Origin: Chiloscyllium plagiosum
Taxonomy: Eukaryota
Length of the DNA stretch: 64,000 nt
NCBI RefSeq assembly: GCF_004010195.1
Contig: NC_057718.1
Coordinates: 27,712,005 to 27,776,004, forward strand
Direction of reading: 5' to 3'
Shown: one piece after another, positions 37,896 to 50,400 of the stretch
Numbering within the stretch: the first letter of the stretch is position 1
Layout: each line of letters begins with the position of its first letter
Position numbers and translations under genes: made by a program
Notes under the pieces: generated by a model
Seen by the model: only the letters and a program-made list of their open reading frames with translations
Told to the model about the DNA's origin: nothing
Databases searched by the model: none

Positions 37896-39356
37896 TTAAA
37901 AGTACAGTATTATCCATTGCCCCATTGACGCAAAATGTTAAACCAATTCTGTGCCCTATGTTTACCCCTATCTCAGGCTAAGAAACTAGGCTCAAATCTG
38001 CATCTTGATGCGTCAGGTAAGCTACTTAGTAGATAAGCTTGGTCAGCCATTGAGGAAGAGAGAAGTCACTCAAAATAACTGTTTTTTGCTGGCTTAGCAA
38101 TGTTAGACAACCGATTTTTGTTTTTGGTTGAACCATATGCTAGGAAGTGATTCAACAAAATGCAATCTGCTGATGCTCCGTCGTTCAACCTAGTTCTATT
38201 GGAGGATGGATTTTGGAGATACCCTAATAATGGTAGAACAGATATACATGTGCACTAATTAAAAAGTTGCATTTCATGATGTGTGTTGATTATTGTTTTG
38301 GCTGAGATCAATTAGTGGTGCATTAAAATTGACTCCAGTGTCCTTGGACCAGAGAAGGGAAACTGGGTTCATAGTTTCTAATTTCTATTGAACACATCAT
38401 GAAAGGTTTAAGTCTTAATATTGGCTGAAGAGGATCTGGCCCTTGGCTATGATTTCCCAGATTCAGAATTATGAATTTCTGACCATGAAATTATGAGAGG
38501 GCAATGAACGAGTTATTCTGGCCGCATACCTCCACTAGGAGATTCCATTCTATAATCTGCTATAGTTTTTTAAAAAAATCTCTTTACCCAATTCAATCAG
38601 TTGACAGCATGTAATTATTACGGCTCCTTTTCCCCTTCCTGTCCTGAAGAGGTGTTATTTGGGTAGAGAATCATAAAGTCACATAACACAGAAGAGGCCC
38701 TTTGGCTATTGAATCTGTGCTGAGTTATTTACACTAGTCCCACCTGCCAGCACTTGGCTACAACCTTGAATGCTATGACATTTCAAGTGATTATCTTCGT
38801 ACTTTTTAAATATTGAGTTTTTCCATCTTTACTACCATCCCAGGCAATGCATTTCTTCTGATTCCCACCAGCCTCTAGGTGAACAATGTTTCCTCAAATC
38901 CCCTCTAAACTTCCTGCCCTTCAACTTAATATTATGCCCTCTTGTTATTGATCCTTCCACTAAAGAGTTCATCTGCTTCCTAATCACCACATTCATACCG
39001 TCATAATCTTACACACCTCAGTCAGGTCCAGTATACAGATATCCTTTTCACTGTTGGCAGCACAGAAATTGTTGTGTATAGAATTTCTATGCTACACTTG
39101 TAACTATGACTACCAAAGCTTAGCACTATAATTGGTTGTTGGCAGCTGACTAAAATCTGGCTAGTAAGAGTAGGTTGTTCATAATTGATATCACTGCTTT
39201 CCCAGGGGAATAGAGCTATTATCTTATTTACTTTCTCGTGAAGAGACCTGATTGCAGATTTTAGCATTCCAAATTAGGGCTGATTTGTGAGTATTTGAAG
39301 GTTGATATAAAAGTTGGTTGTTTATGATCATTTTAAACTTGCATATTTCTTGTTAG

Positions 39357-39425
39357 GTTCAGATATCGATGCTGCCACTGCTATGATGTTGCTGAATTCA
39401 TCTGCAGAACAAAGACTTCCTCCGT
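39357..39425 (+). CDS. FOXN2: FOXN2 coding exon (69 bp), (G)SDIDAATAMMLLNSSAEQRLPP
   Basis: Acceptor ttcttgttag| and donor ccgt|gtaagc. The peptide matches the FOXN2/FOXN3 motif SDIDAAAAMMLLN. Confidence 0.93.
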
Positions 39426-41063
39426 GTAAGCCTTGCTTTTAAATTTCTGGATTATGCGTTAACAAATTCTGGTAGTAAAACTATAATTTACTTTTCTATG
39501 TCAGATGTTTCTCTTTCCAAATTTGCTACATCCTTCCTCAGAATCTGCTAACTGTAAAACCAATCCAATCTTTTGATGTGAGCATTAAAACTTAAACTGA
39601 CTTTCTCCCCCTTGCCTTATATTTTGCACTGTTTCAGAGATTTATCCAACTGTCAATTATAATGCTTGAAACATAGCTCACTGCATCTTTTGTGTGCTGA
39701 GAAACTCTCCTTATAAATATATTTCTGCTCATCACTCTCCTAACCCTCTTACTAATCATTTAAATTAACAACGGCTTTATCGTGAACTTCTCAATGAAAG
39801 TATATATTATTTCCCTCTTCACTCTGATTTTTTTTAAATTTAAAAAAACTTAGTTTTCCATTTTAATTGAAAAACTTCCAGCATCTCCAACTGGCCCTTA
39901 GTTTCTGATCTTGACATTATCCCCGGTAAATCTATTTGTGTGATCCTATTGCTTTGGAGTCCTTTCTAAAATGGTGCATTCGAGACAGTGATTTATATAA
40001 ATTTATCATTGCTTCTTTGTATGTTATATCCATACTTGTTTGCCTGACTCAGTCTGGTTATATTTATTAATGTGTTTGTCTACCTGCATGTATTTCAGCG
40101 AGTAATATTTCAAACCCTTAAAACTTTCAGTGGCTTTCTCACATTGTCACACTCCTTGTTTGTCTTCACACAGTGCATATCTTGACCTTCTTTGCATTTG
40201 CAATTTGACTGTCTGTTTAGCTAATCTTCCTGTGTCTTCATACTGTCTTGTGTAGCCCTCCTCACTGTTTGCTAAACCACCTATTGCCATGTTGTCAGTA
40301 AACTGAGATTGTTGTCTGTTTGCCTCAGTCCAACTTGTCTCTGTACACAAAAAAGAATAAAAATGGTTCCATATTGACCTTTGATAGTGGAGTTCTGATC
40401 TTTGCTGGGGCAAGCAGGTGCGGGAACAGGTTGGCTACTCGCCCCTCCTAACTTAAAATCAGAGATCTGTTTCCCTTACCAGAAATGCTGCCTGGCCTGC
40501 TTAGTAGTTTGTTTTCTTTATTTTAGATTTCCAGCATACATATTATTTTGCTTTTGTTTAAAATTGTTTGGGTTAGCACTATGTTTTTAAGTTTATAAAA
40601 TATTAAAATTCACCTCAAAGCTCTGCCTCATATTTACTGACTGAACTATGGGAGAAAGACCCTGACATATTTTTAAAAATAAAATCCATAAAAGTTGCTG
40701 CAACTCCCTTGCAGAACTCATCACAGTCTGTGATGAACCACTTGACCAGAAATTAAACATGACCTGAAGGAATTTAGTTGAAACACAAAATACGGAATCA
40801 ATACAAAAACATCAATGGCCTTGACTTGCTAGTGTCGTTCTGCAGCAACAGACAATTTCCATGATTTTCTAAAAAAAATTGAATTACAGTCCCATTCCTC
40901 ACACAATGAAGCCAATCAGCTCCCTGAACTTTACCTGAAAAACATTCTTACTTAAAAGTGAAGGACCTCCCAAACTCATGCAAAATATAAAATCAAAATG
41001 ATTCCTCTATTTGTCATGAGTAAGTGTTTATTAACTTGTCTCTAATTTTACATATTTTATCAG

Positions 41064-41178
41064 GTGAGCCATCTCAGCAAAAAAGTCCACCAATGAGCCG
41101 AAAACGAAGTTACAAACGTGCATTTTTGAAGCCTGCTCCCACTTTGGTGAAAATAACTGAAGCCACGTGCAGAACAAG
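41064..41178 (+). CDS. FOXN2: FOXN2 coding exon (115 bp), (C)EPSQQKSPPMSRKRSYKRAFLKPAPTLVKITEATCRT(R)
   Basis: Acceptor ttttatcag| and donor caag|gtaaaa. Open frame with both flanking phases compatible. RKRSYKRAF resembles mammalian FOXN2 KKRSYGNAF. Confidence 0.88.
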
Positions 41179-41539
41179 GTAAAACATTGTTCAATTTGAT
41201 TCTATAGAGTGATTGATTCTTCTCTAATGTCCTTGGGTGTGAAGGTAGTGGGAAATAACCTTACATGAAAATAAAATCCTGTCAGCTAAGTGATTTAATT
41301 TCATCCAAATGCAAAACTGCTGTATCAAGTAAGGAGGTCTCTGGTCTCTCCCCTGGTTTATGGGTCAGTCAGCAATCCTCTCTCAAACCAGTCGTAGTCA
41401 AGTAACAGTTGACCATGTGTTTGAGAAAGTAAGGAAATTAGCTGATGGTACTGAATTGCGACAATTATATTCAAGAAAATAAATTGTTTGAAAGAATAAC
41501 TTGGAAATCAGATTACAGAATTGGTTTAGATGATAGACC

Positions 41540-43345
41540 TGAGTTGTTTTGTTGTTTTTGATAGTATGATAGTAAAAGTTTCTTTCAATACATAAGAAAC
41601 AAACGAGAGGCAAAAATAGAGATTGGGCTGCTCCAAACTGATGCAGGAAGGCTAGTGATGAGAGGTAAGGAAATAGCTGAAGAACTTAATAAATATTTTG
41701 TGTTATCTTCACAGTGGAAGACATGAGTAATATCACAACAATTAAGGAGAGTCAAGGGGCAGAATTGAGTATGATGGCCATTACAAAGGAGAAAGTACTT
41801 GAAAAGCTGAAAGGTCTAAAAATTGATAAATCTCCTGGCCCAGATGGGCTACATCCTAGAGTTTGAGGGAGGTGGCTGAAGAAATAGCAGAGGCATTGGT
41901 TGTAATCTTTCAAAAATTACTGGAGTAAGGGAAAGTCCCAGATGATTGGAAAATGGCTGTTGTAACCCCCTTGTTCAAGAAAGAATCAAGACAAAGGATG
42001 GAAACTTATAGGCTAATTAGCCTAACCTCAGTTGTAGGTAAAATTTTGGAATCCATCGTTAAGGATGAGATTTCTAAATTCTTGGAAGTGCAGGGTCGGA
42101 TTAGAACAAGTCAGCATGGATTTAGTAAGTGGAGGTCGTGTCTGACAAACCTGTTAGAATTCTTTGAAGAGGTAACAAGTAGGTTAGACCAGGGAAAATG
42201 ATGTTATCTACCTAGACTTCCAAAAAGCCTTTGATAAGGTGCTTCACGGGAGGCTGCTGAGTAAGGTGAGGGCCCATAGTGTTTGAGCTACTAGCGTGGA
42301 TTGAGGATTGGCTATCTGACAGAAGGCAGAGAGTTGGGATAAAAGGTTTTTTTTGGAATGGCAGCCGGTGACAAGTGGTGTCCCGTAGGGTTCAGTGTTG
42401 GGGTCGCAGCTGTTCACTTTATATATAAATGATCTGGACGAAGAGACTAGGGGCATTCTGGCGAAGCTCACCGATGATACAAAGTTAGGTGGATAGGCAG
42501 GTAGTTCTGAGGAGGTGGGGAGGCTACAGAAAGATTTAGACAGTTTAGGAGAATAGTCCAAGAAACGGCTGATGAAATTCAACGTGAGCAAATGCGTGGT
42601 GTTGCACTTTGGAAAAAAGAACACAAGTATGGACTATTTTGTAAATGGTGAAAAAATTCATAAAGCTAAAGTACAAAGGGATCTGGGAGTGCTAGCACAG
42701 GATTCTCTAAAGGTTGATTGCAGGTTAAGTCCGTGGTTAAGAAAGCAAATGTAATGTCATTTATCTCAAGAGGGTTGGAATGTAAAAGCAGCGATATGCG
42801 ACTGAGACTTTATAAAACTCTGGTTAGGCCCCATTTAGAATACGGTGTCCAGTTTTGGGCCCCACATCTCAGGAAGCACATACTGGAGCGTGTCCAGCGG
42901 AGATTTACACAGATGATCCCTGGAATGGTAGGTCTAATGTATGATAAACGGTTGAGGATCCTGGGGTTGTATTCATTTGAGTTTAGAAGGTTGAAGGGAG
43001 ATCTCATAGAAACTTATAAGATAATGCATGGCTTAGAAAGGGTGGATGCTGGGAAATGGTTTCCATCAGGCGGGTATACTAGGACTCTTGGGCACAGCCT
43101 TAAAATTAGAGGGGGTCAATGTAGGACAGAAATAAGGAGACATTTCTTCAGCCAAAGAGAGATGGGCCTGTGGAATTCATTGCCACGGAGTGCCGTGGAG
43201 GTTTGGATGTTAAATGTCCTCAAGGCAGTGATAAATTCTTAATCTTGCAAGGAATTAAGGGATGTAGATAAGTGGCGTTGAAATGCCCATCAGCCATGAT
43301 TGAATGGCAGAGTGGACTCGATTGGCTGAATGGCCTTACTTTCAC
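41540..43345 (+). mobile_element. CR1 LINE ORF2 3' half
   Basis: YRLISLTSVVGKILE, SCLTNLLEFFEEV and LYKTLVRPHLEYGVQFWAP, plus a CR1 tail. Confidence 0.92.
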
Positions 43346-43719
43346 TCCTATTTCTTATGGTCGTATCGCTTTTAGAGAAACTAATCATTGATTAAATCAC
43401 CAAAAATTGGGACAGACAACTGTTGTCTTTATGGCCTGTCTGATATAATCATTTGTACGTTTTAGTCCAAATACCAACAGATTGTTCAAAACAATGGTTT
43501 TTATACTAAGCAAACTATCAACTCTCATCCTTCTCAATAAAAATTGTTATATAGTGTTCTGCACTTTGAGGTAAAAGTCCATGCCAAATAATATGTCAAT
43601 CACTTCCATGCCCTAAAAGTTTTATCCCAACAGGTTTAATTTCAGAACAACATCACAGATGGCAAGATATTTTGTACATATTGTAACATATAGTTCTTTT
43701 TGAAAATGTCTTGGGTTTT

Positions 43720-44672
43720 CAGTGTATATAAATGATTTGGATGTGAACATAGAAGGAACAGTTAGTAAATTTACAGATAACACCAAAATTGGAGATGTAG
43801 TGGACAGCAAAGAGGGTTACCTCAGACTACAACAGGATCTTGATCAGATGGGCTGAGGAGTAGCAGATGGAGTTTAATTTAGATAAATGTGAGGTGCTGC
43901 ATTTTGGAAAAGCAAATCAGAGCAAGACTTATACACTTAATGGTAAGGTCCAAGGGAGTGTTGCTGAACAAAGAGCTTGGAATGCAGATTCGTAGTTCCT
44001 TGAATGTAGAGACACAGGTAGATAAGACAGTGAAGAAGCATTTGGTATGCTTTCCTTTATTGGTCAAAGCATTGAGTACAGGAGTTGGGAGGTCATGTTG
44101 TGGCTGGACAGGTCATTGGTTAGGCCACTTTTGGAATATTGCATGCAATTCTGGTCTCCTTCCTTTCGGAAGAATGTTGTAAAACTTGAAAGGGTTCAGA
44201 AAAGATTTACAAGGAGGTTGGCAGGGTTGGAGGGTTTGAGCTCTCAGGTGAGGCTGAATAGGCTGGGGCTGTTTTCCCTGGAGCGTCGGAGGCTGAGGGG
44301 CGACCGTATAGAGGTTTATAAAATCATGAGGGGCATGGATAGGATTAATAGACAAGGTCTTTTCCCTGGGGTGGGGGAGTCCAGAACTAGAGGGCATAGG
44401 TTTAGGGTAAAAGGGGAAACATCTAAAAGGGACATAAGGGGCAACTTCATGCAGAGGGTGGTGCGTGTATGAAATGAGCTGCCAGAGGAAGTCGTGGAGG
44501 CTGGTACAATTACAGCATTCAAAAGGTGTCTGGATGGGTATATGAATAGGAAGGGTTGAGAGGGATATGGGCCATGTGCTGGCAAATGGGATAAATTAGG
44601 TTAGGACGCCTGGTTGGCATGGATAAGTTGGACTGAAGGATCTGTTTCCATGTTGTACATTTCTATGACTAC
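43720..44672 (+). mobile_element. HER1-like CR1 LINE 3' end
   Basis: ORF 44047 has RPLLEYCMQFWSP...LERRRLRGD. Tail ends ctatgact. Confidence 0.92.
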
Positions 44673-45654
44673 TATCTCCTTCCTGTATGTGGGACTGGGA
44701 GGTAAGAATGAGAGTCTTTGTTCTTTATTTAATTGTGCACTTTGGTTGAATATATTTTTTCTATGTTTACCTTTACATTCACCAGATCACAAGCTTCACT
44801 GAAATCCCATTGTTGAGACTGAAATCACACATTTCTGTATCTTTATTCATGTCTTAGTTCTCTGACACCAGGACCTGCAGTGTTGCTATTACAGAGAATG
44901 TCTGTCTTTCCAGAGTCATCTACCATTTTCGCCTTCATGGAAAGATATTCTGCTATAGCAAAAAAATACAGCTAAGCTCAGAAATTGCATGTCACGCCCT
45001 CAAACACAGGATTTCCCATTTTCAGGAGGGTCATGTTAGGATTTGTTTGGATAGGTCACTGAAGTAGCTGGCCATGTAAGTCACCAAATGTCTCCATTTC
45101 AAGTGGAATTTTGTAGTCTTGAAGTGTAAAACTGCATGTGTGCAGAGTCAATCTAGTATGAACAAATTTGATCTTTGTGCATTCCTCCGGATAGCCAGAA
45201 TATCTGGATATCCCTTTAGAGTGGTATGGTGTCCCTTTGGATTTGTTCCCAGGACATCTTTGGAGGAGGTAAGGACCCCTTTTTACGTAGGGTGAAGTGT
45301 CCTTTGGAGTAGATCAAGTATCCTTTGGATTTCAGAAAAGTTATATGTCCATGAAAATTGCATAAACTCTTCAATAAGAAGGTAAGCTCACTGCTCAGTC
45401 CTGTATATCGCTTATAGCATTTGTTGTTTGACATGTGAGTAGTCCTATTTTGTAGCTTCACCAGATTGTCACTTCATCATCTTTAAGAATGTTTGGTGCA
45501 GCTGCTAGCTTGCCCTTCTAAACTCTCAAATATCTGGGTCATTAGGGGTGAAGCTTCTCCATGTTCAACAGGAACCTGACCTGGCGCTAAAACACCCCAG
45601 GAGGAGCTACAGAAAAAGAACCAGCCTATGTTCTCAGCCTCAGAGCAGGATGGA

Positions 45655-46479
45655 TGTAGTGATTTTAACAAGGTCAGCGAGGTTGACCTCAGGATGAGAT
45701 CCCTGATTGGACCAGATTAACAGCCCCAATCAGGGAGCCCTGGCTGACAGGTATATTTAGGACTCTGGAGCCCCTGGACCATGTATATATTGGGTGTGGG
45801 CGCTTGCACTCCCTTTTTGATTTTCTTAGAAACCTTCTTCTCTGTTTTTGGTTGCACTTCAGTCCCATGCTCCTGATCCTTGGGCACCCGGTACGGAGTG
45901 GGGAGGGCAGGTCTGAAGACCTCCTTGTGGGCCTGCTCCTGGGCCTGGCCAAGCTGGCCATAAACAGGTCCAGGCTGTGGAGGGGGTCATTAGGGCCGAT
46001 TGCCTGCCCCTCTTCCGAGGTTACGTTCAGGCCCGGGTGTCTCTGGAGAAGAAGCATGCGGTGTCCACCAACACCCTTGAGCTGAAAAGGGTGAGGTGGG
46101 CACCGCAGGGAGTGGAATGTATTATTTCCCCCTCCAACTCTGTTTTGATTTAATCCCTACCGTCCCCTTCACTGTTTGATCATGCAGCATTGCCCTTTGA
46201 TATGAAAGGCACTGCGTGTCACTGGCCACTTGGGTGTTTCCTTTCTTCCTGTGGTAGAAATTGAATAAAGATTTGTACACCTTGTGTCTTTCACTGTGTC
46301 TCACACCTGCACACACACAACATGAGTGCTGGGGAAAAAAAATAAGAAAAAAGAAGAAAAAAAAATAAACAGGACTGCCAGAGGTTCTGCTCACTCTTAA
46401 GAACTGCTCTGAGGGATTTTCCATGTGTAAATAAAGGGTGTTTTGGTGACAGGATACTGGCTTTTGTGGAGTTATTTCA
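45655..46479 (+). mobile_element. Short LTR-like element (TG...CA) with nested Tx1-like LINE
   Basis: tgtagtgatt...inverted CCAAT boxes (45701-45735)...AATAAA (46430)...gagttatttca. No clear TSD found. Confidence 0.6.
45765..46368 (+). mobile_element. Tx1/L1-clade LINE 3' end (zinc-knuckle C-terminus, 3' UTR, A-rich tail)
   Basis: LEPLDHVYIGCGRL (E-x3-H-x4-C) continues into LLVGLLLGLAKLAINRSR. AATAAA and an A-rich tail at 46335-46368. Confidence 0.8.
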
Positions 46480-46987
46480 TCTTCCTTGACTCTTCTTCAC
46501 TACTTTTTATCCTACCTATCTTTGTGTTATGTTTCACTTAAATCTGCATCATTTTAGGCTTAATTAGTAGCTCAACATGAACTAACCCTTGGTAGGGTGA
46601 ATTGAGGACAATGGGCAGTGATGAATAGTTAGTTACTGCAGCAAAGTTAAACATGCAGACTGTGTGTGTGGGGAATGGGGAGAGGAGAGGAGAGAGAGAG
46701 CACACAGTAAAATTTCCCTGAGGTGTGATTTGCTGCAGATAATTTTATCAAATGCTTTCCAGAAGTTTAGGTTTGCCATTTTAGATGTCACTTCCTAAAA
46801 AAGTAAGTTAATGAGGTAGAAGTTTATTGTCATTTGCTGCATTTTTGAGATGGAGATAGTCCATAGATTTACCTGTGCTAATTGAATCCACAGTGAGTTT
46901 ATTGTTCTTTGCATGCGTACTTTGAAAATGGGTACCAAGTTAAAAAATTCAACTTACATTAATTCAAATGTTGTTTTCCTGTTTCAG

Positions 46988-47483
46988 GGAGTGTGTGGAA
47001 ACTTCTCCATTGCAGAAAGACAGCAAGAGTTTGTCTGGTTTACCAGTCATCAATAATGATCCTAAAGAAGAACACAATTACAGTGCTAATGGTACTGTGT
47101 CTCAACGCAGCGAGTCTAGGTCTAGTGTTTCATCCTTATCCTCTGGGGAGGAATCCTATGAATTCATTTCGAAAGCTAGTCGAGGCGGGAGTGATGGAAG
47201 TGAAGGCTTCCACAGCGATGAAGAGTCTGAGGTAGATGACTGTGAGAATGAGTCCAATGACTTGTTTAGTGCCAATGCCTACAAATCTGAGCAATGTGGA
47301 AAGGATTCTGCTACCGTGTTACGGTTGGCTGGAAAAAGCTGCAAAACAATGCAACAAGAAGTTGATGAAGAGCTAAAAGAAGCCGCTGGTTCACTTTTGC
47401 ACCTTGCTGGAATCCATATGTGCCTGGACTCTTTAGTCAGTAAACCAGGAAAAAGCAGGAATGGGAAACATAATGTGAAATAG
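46988..47483 (+). CDS. FOXN2: FOXN2 terminal coding exon, ECVETSP...DPKEEHNYS...RSSVSSLSS...GSDGSEGFHS...ELKEAAGSLLHLAGI...HNVK*
   Basis: Acceptor ttttcctgtttcag|, within ORF 46968..47483, stop TAG at 47481-47483. RSSVSSLSS, GSDGSEGFHS and QEVDEELKEAAGSLLHLAGI fit FOXN2 better than FOXN3. Confidence 0.95.
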
Positions 47484-50400
47484 CATGCTTCCCCTCTCAT
47501 CTGCCATTGTGTGTCATTTGGCAATATTCTTCAATGGAGTTCCTTCTCAAAAGGAAGATAAAAGCCATACGAAGACTGAAGTGTTTGCCCTTCGATATTA
47601 ACTGCCATTTATTTGCACCTTTCTGAGACAAGAAGTTCTCTATAGGTTGTATCAGTTCTTTTAAAAGTGAACTTCGCAGGAACTAACACATGCAATGGAT
47701 CAGCCTGTATGCTGAAGTAGTTCTTCAGGCTGTTCTATTGGTTAAAATTTCAAACAGTTGAAAAGTGAAAAAAGCTTTCCCTGAAAATAATTAAAGTGTT
47801 CAGGGTTGAAAAGGGGTGGTGGGGATTGGCAATATTTTAGACATCTTGAAGATCATACAATGAATTTTTCAACCTGTGAGTGATATTTAAAAAGTTGACA
47901 TCCTTTCACTTTTTCCCTTTCTTGAATATGGTTTCCTTCATTTTCAGAAAACCTTGAATGTCATTAATGGTACGTCAATGTTCCTAGATTGATTAATTCT
48001 CTCAGGTGTTTGGGCACAGTTCCTCTAAGCACCATCTCTCATGCACAGGCTGGCTCAAGTAACTCATTGACTGTGTGGGATATTGCAGAAAGGCAATTTA
48101 ATCCTTCATGATGTCCAAATGCACGCATTTTTCAATATGGGTCGTTAACAGTTCATCAGATATTTTAACGTATCGGAAAGTTTGTGTATTTTTCCCTCCT
48201 CGCAATAAAGGTAATTATAATGCCTTGTAACTGCTCCCCAGGCTAAATTGGTGGAGGCTGTGAGAAGGTTGCACTTTACATTGGAAAGAATGAGAAAAAA
48301 AGAGAAAAATGAAGTTCACTTTGCTATGCAGTTTTTATAAAAGTTTTTTTTAAAGTTCATCACCAATGTTTGTGCTTCCATGATATTTGGAGAACTCTGG
48401 CTATTTTCAGAAATTATAGATTGACAAAAAAAGTAACTGTATAAATGTAATTGTTCAAACAGAAGCCACAATTGATTATATTAAACTGGAAATATTGTAA
48501 ACCTTAAACCACCTTCCTGGGAGTCATGTGATAGGACAGGCCTGCAGTGATTATTACAACAGTACTGTAGTGGTAACATCAAAGAGGATTGGATTATCAT
48601 TATGTAAGCAAGCAATACATCCAAATGTCACTGAGCATTCCAATTTAGAATTAAAATCAGAATGCAACAGAAAGTCACCATGCTATTTTTAATCCAACAA
48701 ATCATAGAAAATAACATGTTGAATGAAGTACATTGCTGTTGATTAGTGGACTCAAGTTGATGGTTGTGCTCGTGACTTATAACCTCTTTTGAATCCATTG
48801 GTGAGGACAAGACCTTTGTAACATATTTAAATGTGCTTTTTTTTTGTTAGCTATGTTCTTATGTGAATCTGTTGAATCCATTTCCAGCTGTAGGAAATTG
48901 ATGGAAAGGTTGTCGGCTGCCAGAAGTAGTGTGAAATCAATAGAATTCTCACCAGAACTTGCTTTCCCTCACCACAATGGGAAATCCCCAATAAGAAAAA
49001 TGAACTTTTGTGGTAGTTTTTTAACACTGTGCCCTACCTTTTTTTTTGCACAGTTCTTAAATTTTAATCTTTTGATTTGGCAATTTAGCAATTATGAGTC
49101 CAGAAACACCACACAATTGCGATTATGGTATTATAATCTAGTTGAAATATTTTCATGGACACTGTTCAATAAGTCCTACTCATTGGCAATGGTTTCAGAA
49201 TCATCTCTTTTTTTTCATGCAGTAGGGTGGGCTTGCAATTGGATGCATTCATTTCCTTCACTTGGCTAATTATATTGTGATTTGCTGAAATACTGTTAGT
49301 CTACTGTACTGGAAGCTCACTAGAACCATGTGCAGAAGATTTTGATGCAGCTATGATAGTAAAACTTTCATGGTAATACGTTTGTTCCCACTTTACAAAG
49401 CAGGATCTCCATTCAAAACATCCAAATATAAATCAAGTGGTATACTTTTCCAGTTAGGGGGAAAAGCTTAACCTACCCCTCAGTGAGAACCTGCTGGGTG
49501 TGCATAGTTGGCCATTTAAACCTTCAGCTGTATTAGGACATTCTTGCTAACTACTACTATAACTGATCACTGCAGTTTGGTACATGAGGTATTCACTGAA
49601 AATAGTATGTGAATTACATCAATTCAAATCCCTGATTAAATTTAATTTGATCTTGAAAAGGTATGTAAACTGCACTTTTCCACCATGCATGATTCTGATC
49701 AGCAGTGGTTTGATGGCACTCAAATTAAGCTAAGTCTGCTTCTTTGATACCCCACAAAGAAAATTGCAGACTTTCCTACTTGAGACTCCACCTGACTCCC
49801 TGCTTGCCAACTAGCCCATCTCTACTCCTGGATGCCCAAGTGCCACCTGCCAAGTGGGTACCACTTTTTACCTATTTCAAATGGGCAGCTGTTTGGGGAA
49901 GTATTCTACAAGCCTGAAATTCAGGCCTATGACTGTAGTTATCACTCACTTTTCTAGTCCACTTAATTCTTTGGGAATTAAAATCAAATTCCAAAATAGG
50001 CAGAACTTCCAGATGTTGTGGGTCTATGTTGTGGAATCTTGCAAGTCCAAAATTCAGGGTATTTGTTGTGTCGGTGCTTTCCATGAAATCAACTATATTT
50101 CTGTAAGTGAACCGTGTAATTCTGGATGCCTGGTTATTAACTTTGAGAAGCATGTAACTTGTTAACATCTGCTAATTTGTGCCACTGTTATAAGGATTCT
50201 TCTGCCCTTTGTAAGATTCATATTTTACTCCTTTGATTTTTCTTATTCCAGAGATTTCTGGAAGCCTAATAAGCACTGTATTTTCAGGTAGCAAAACAGG
50301 TATAATGCACAATTTATTTTCATGTAACTAAGCACAGGGCAGCTGACACAAATTAATCTGCTTCTCACTTGTTATGTAGCAGTATACAAGTTATAATATG

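Noticed and set aside
46988..47483. Assignment to FOXN3
   Set aside because: It lacks the FOXN3-type PLKKRR segment and matches FOXN2 motifs RSSVSSLSS and GSDGSEGFHS.
48844..50168. ORFs of 98-141 aa downstream of the FOXN2 stop
   Set aside because: No recognisable homology or splice context. Likely chance ORFs in AT-rich UTR.
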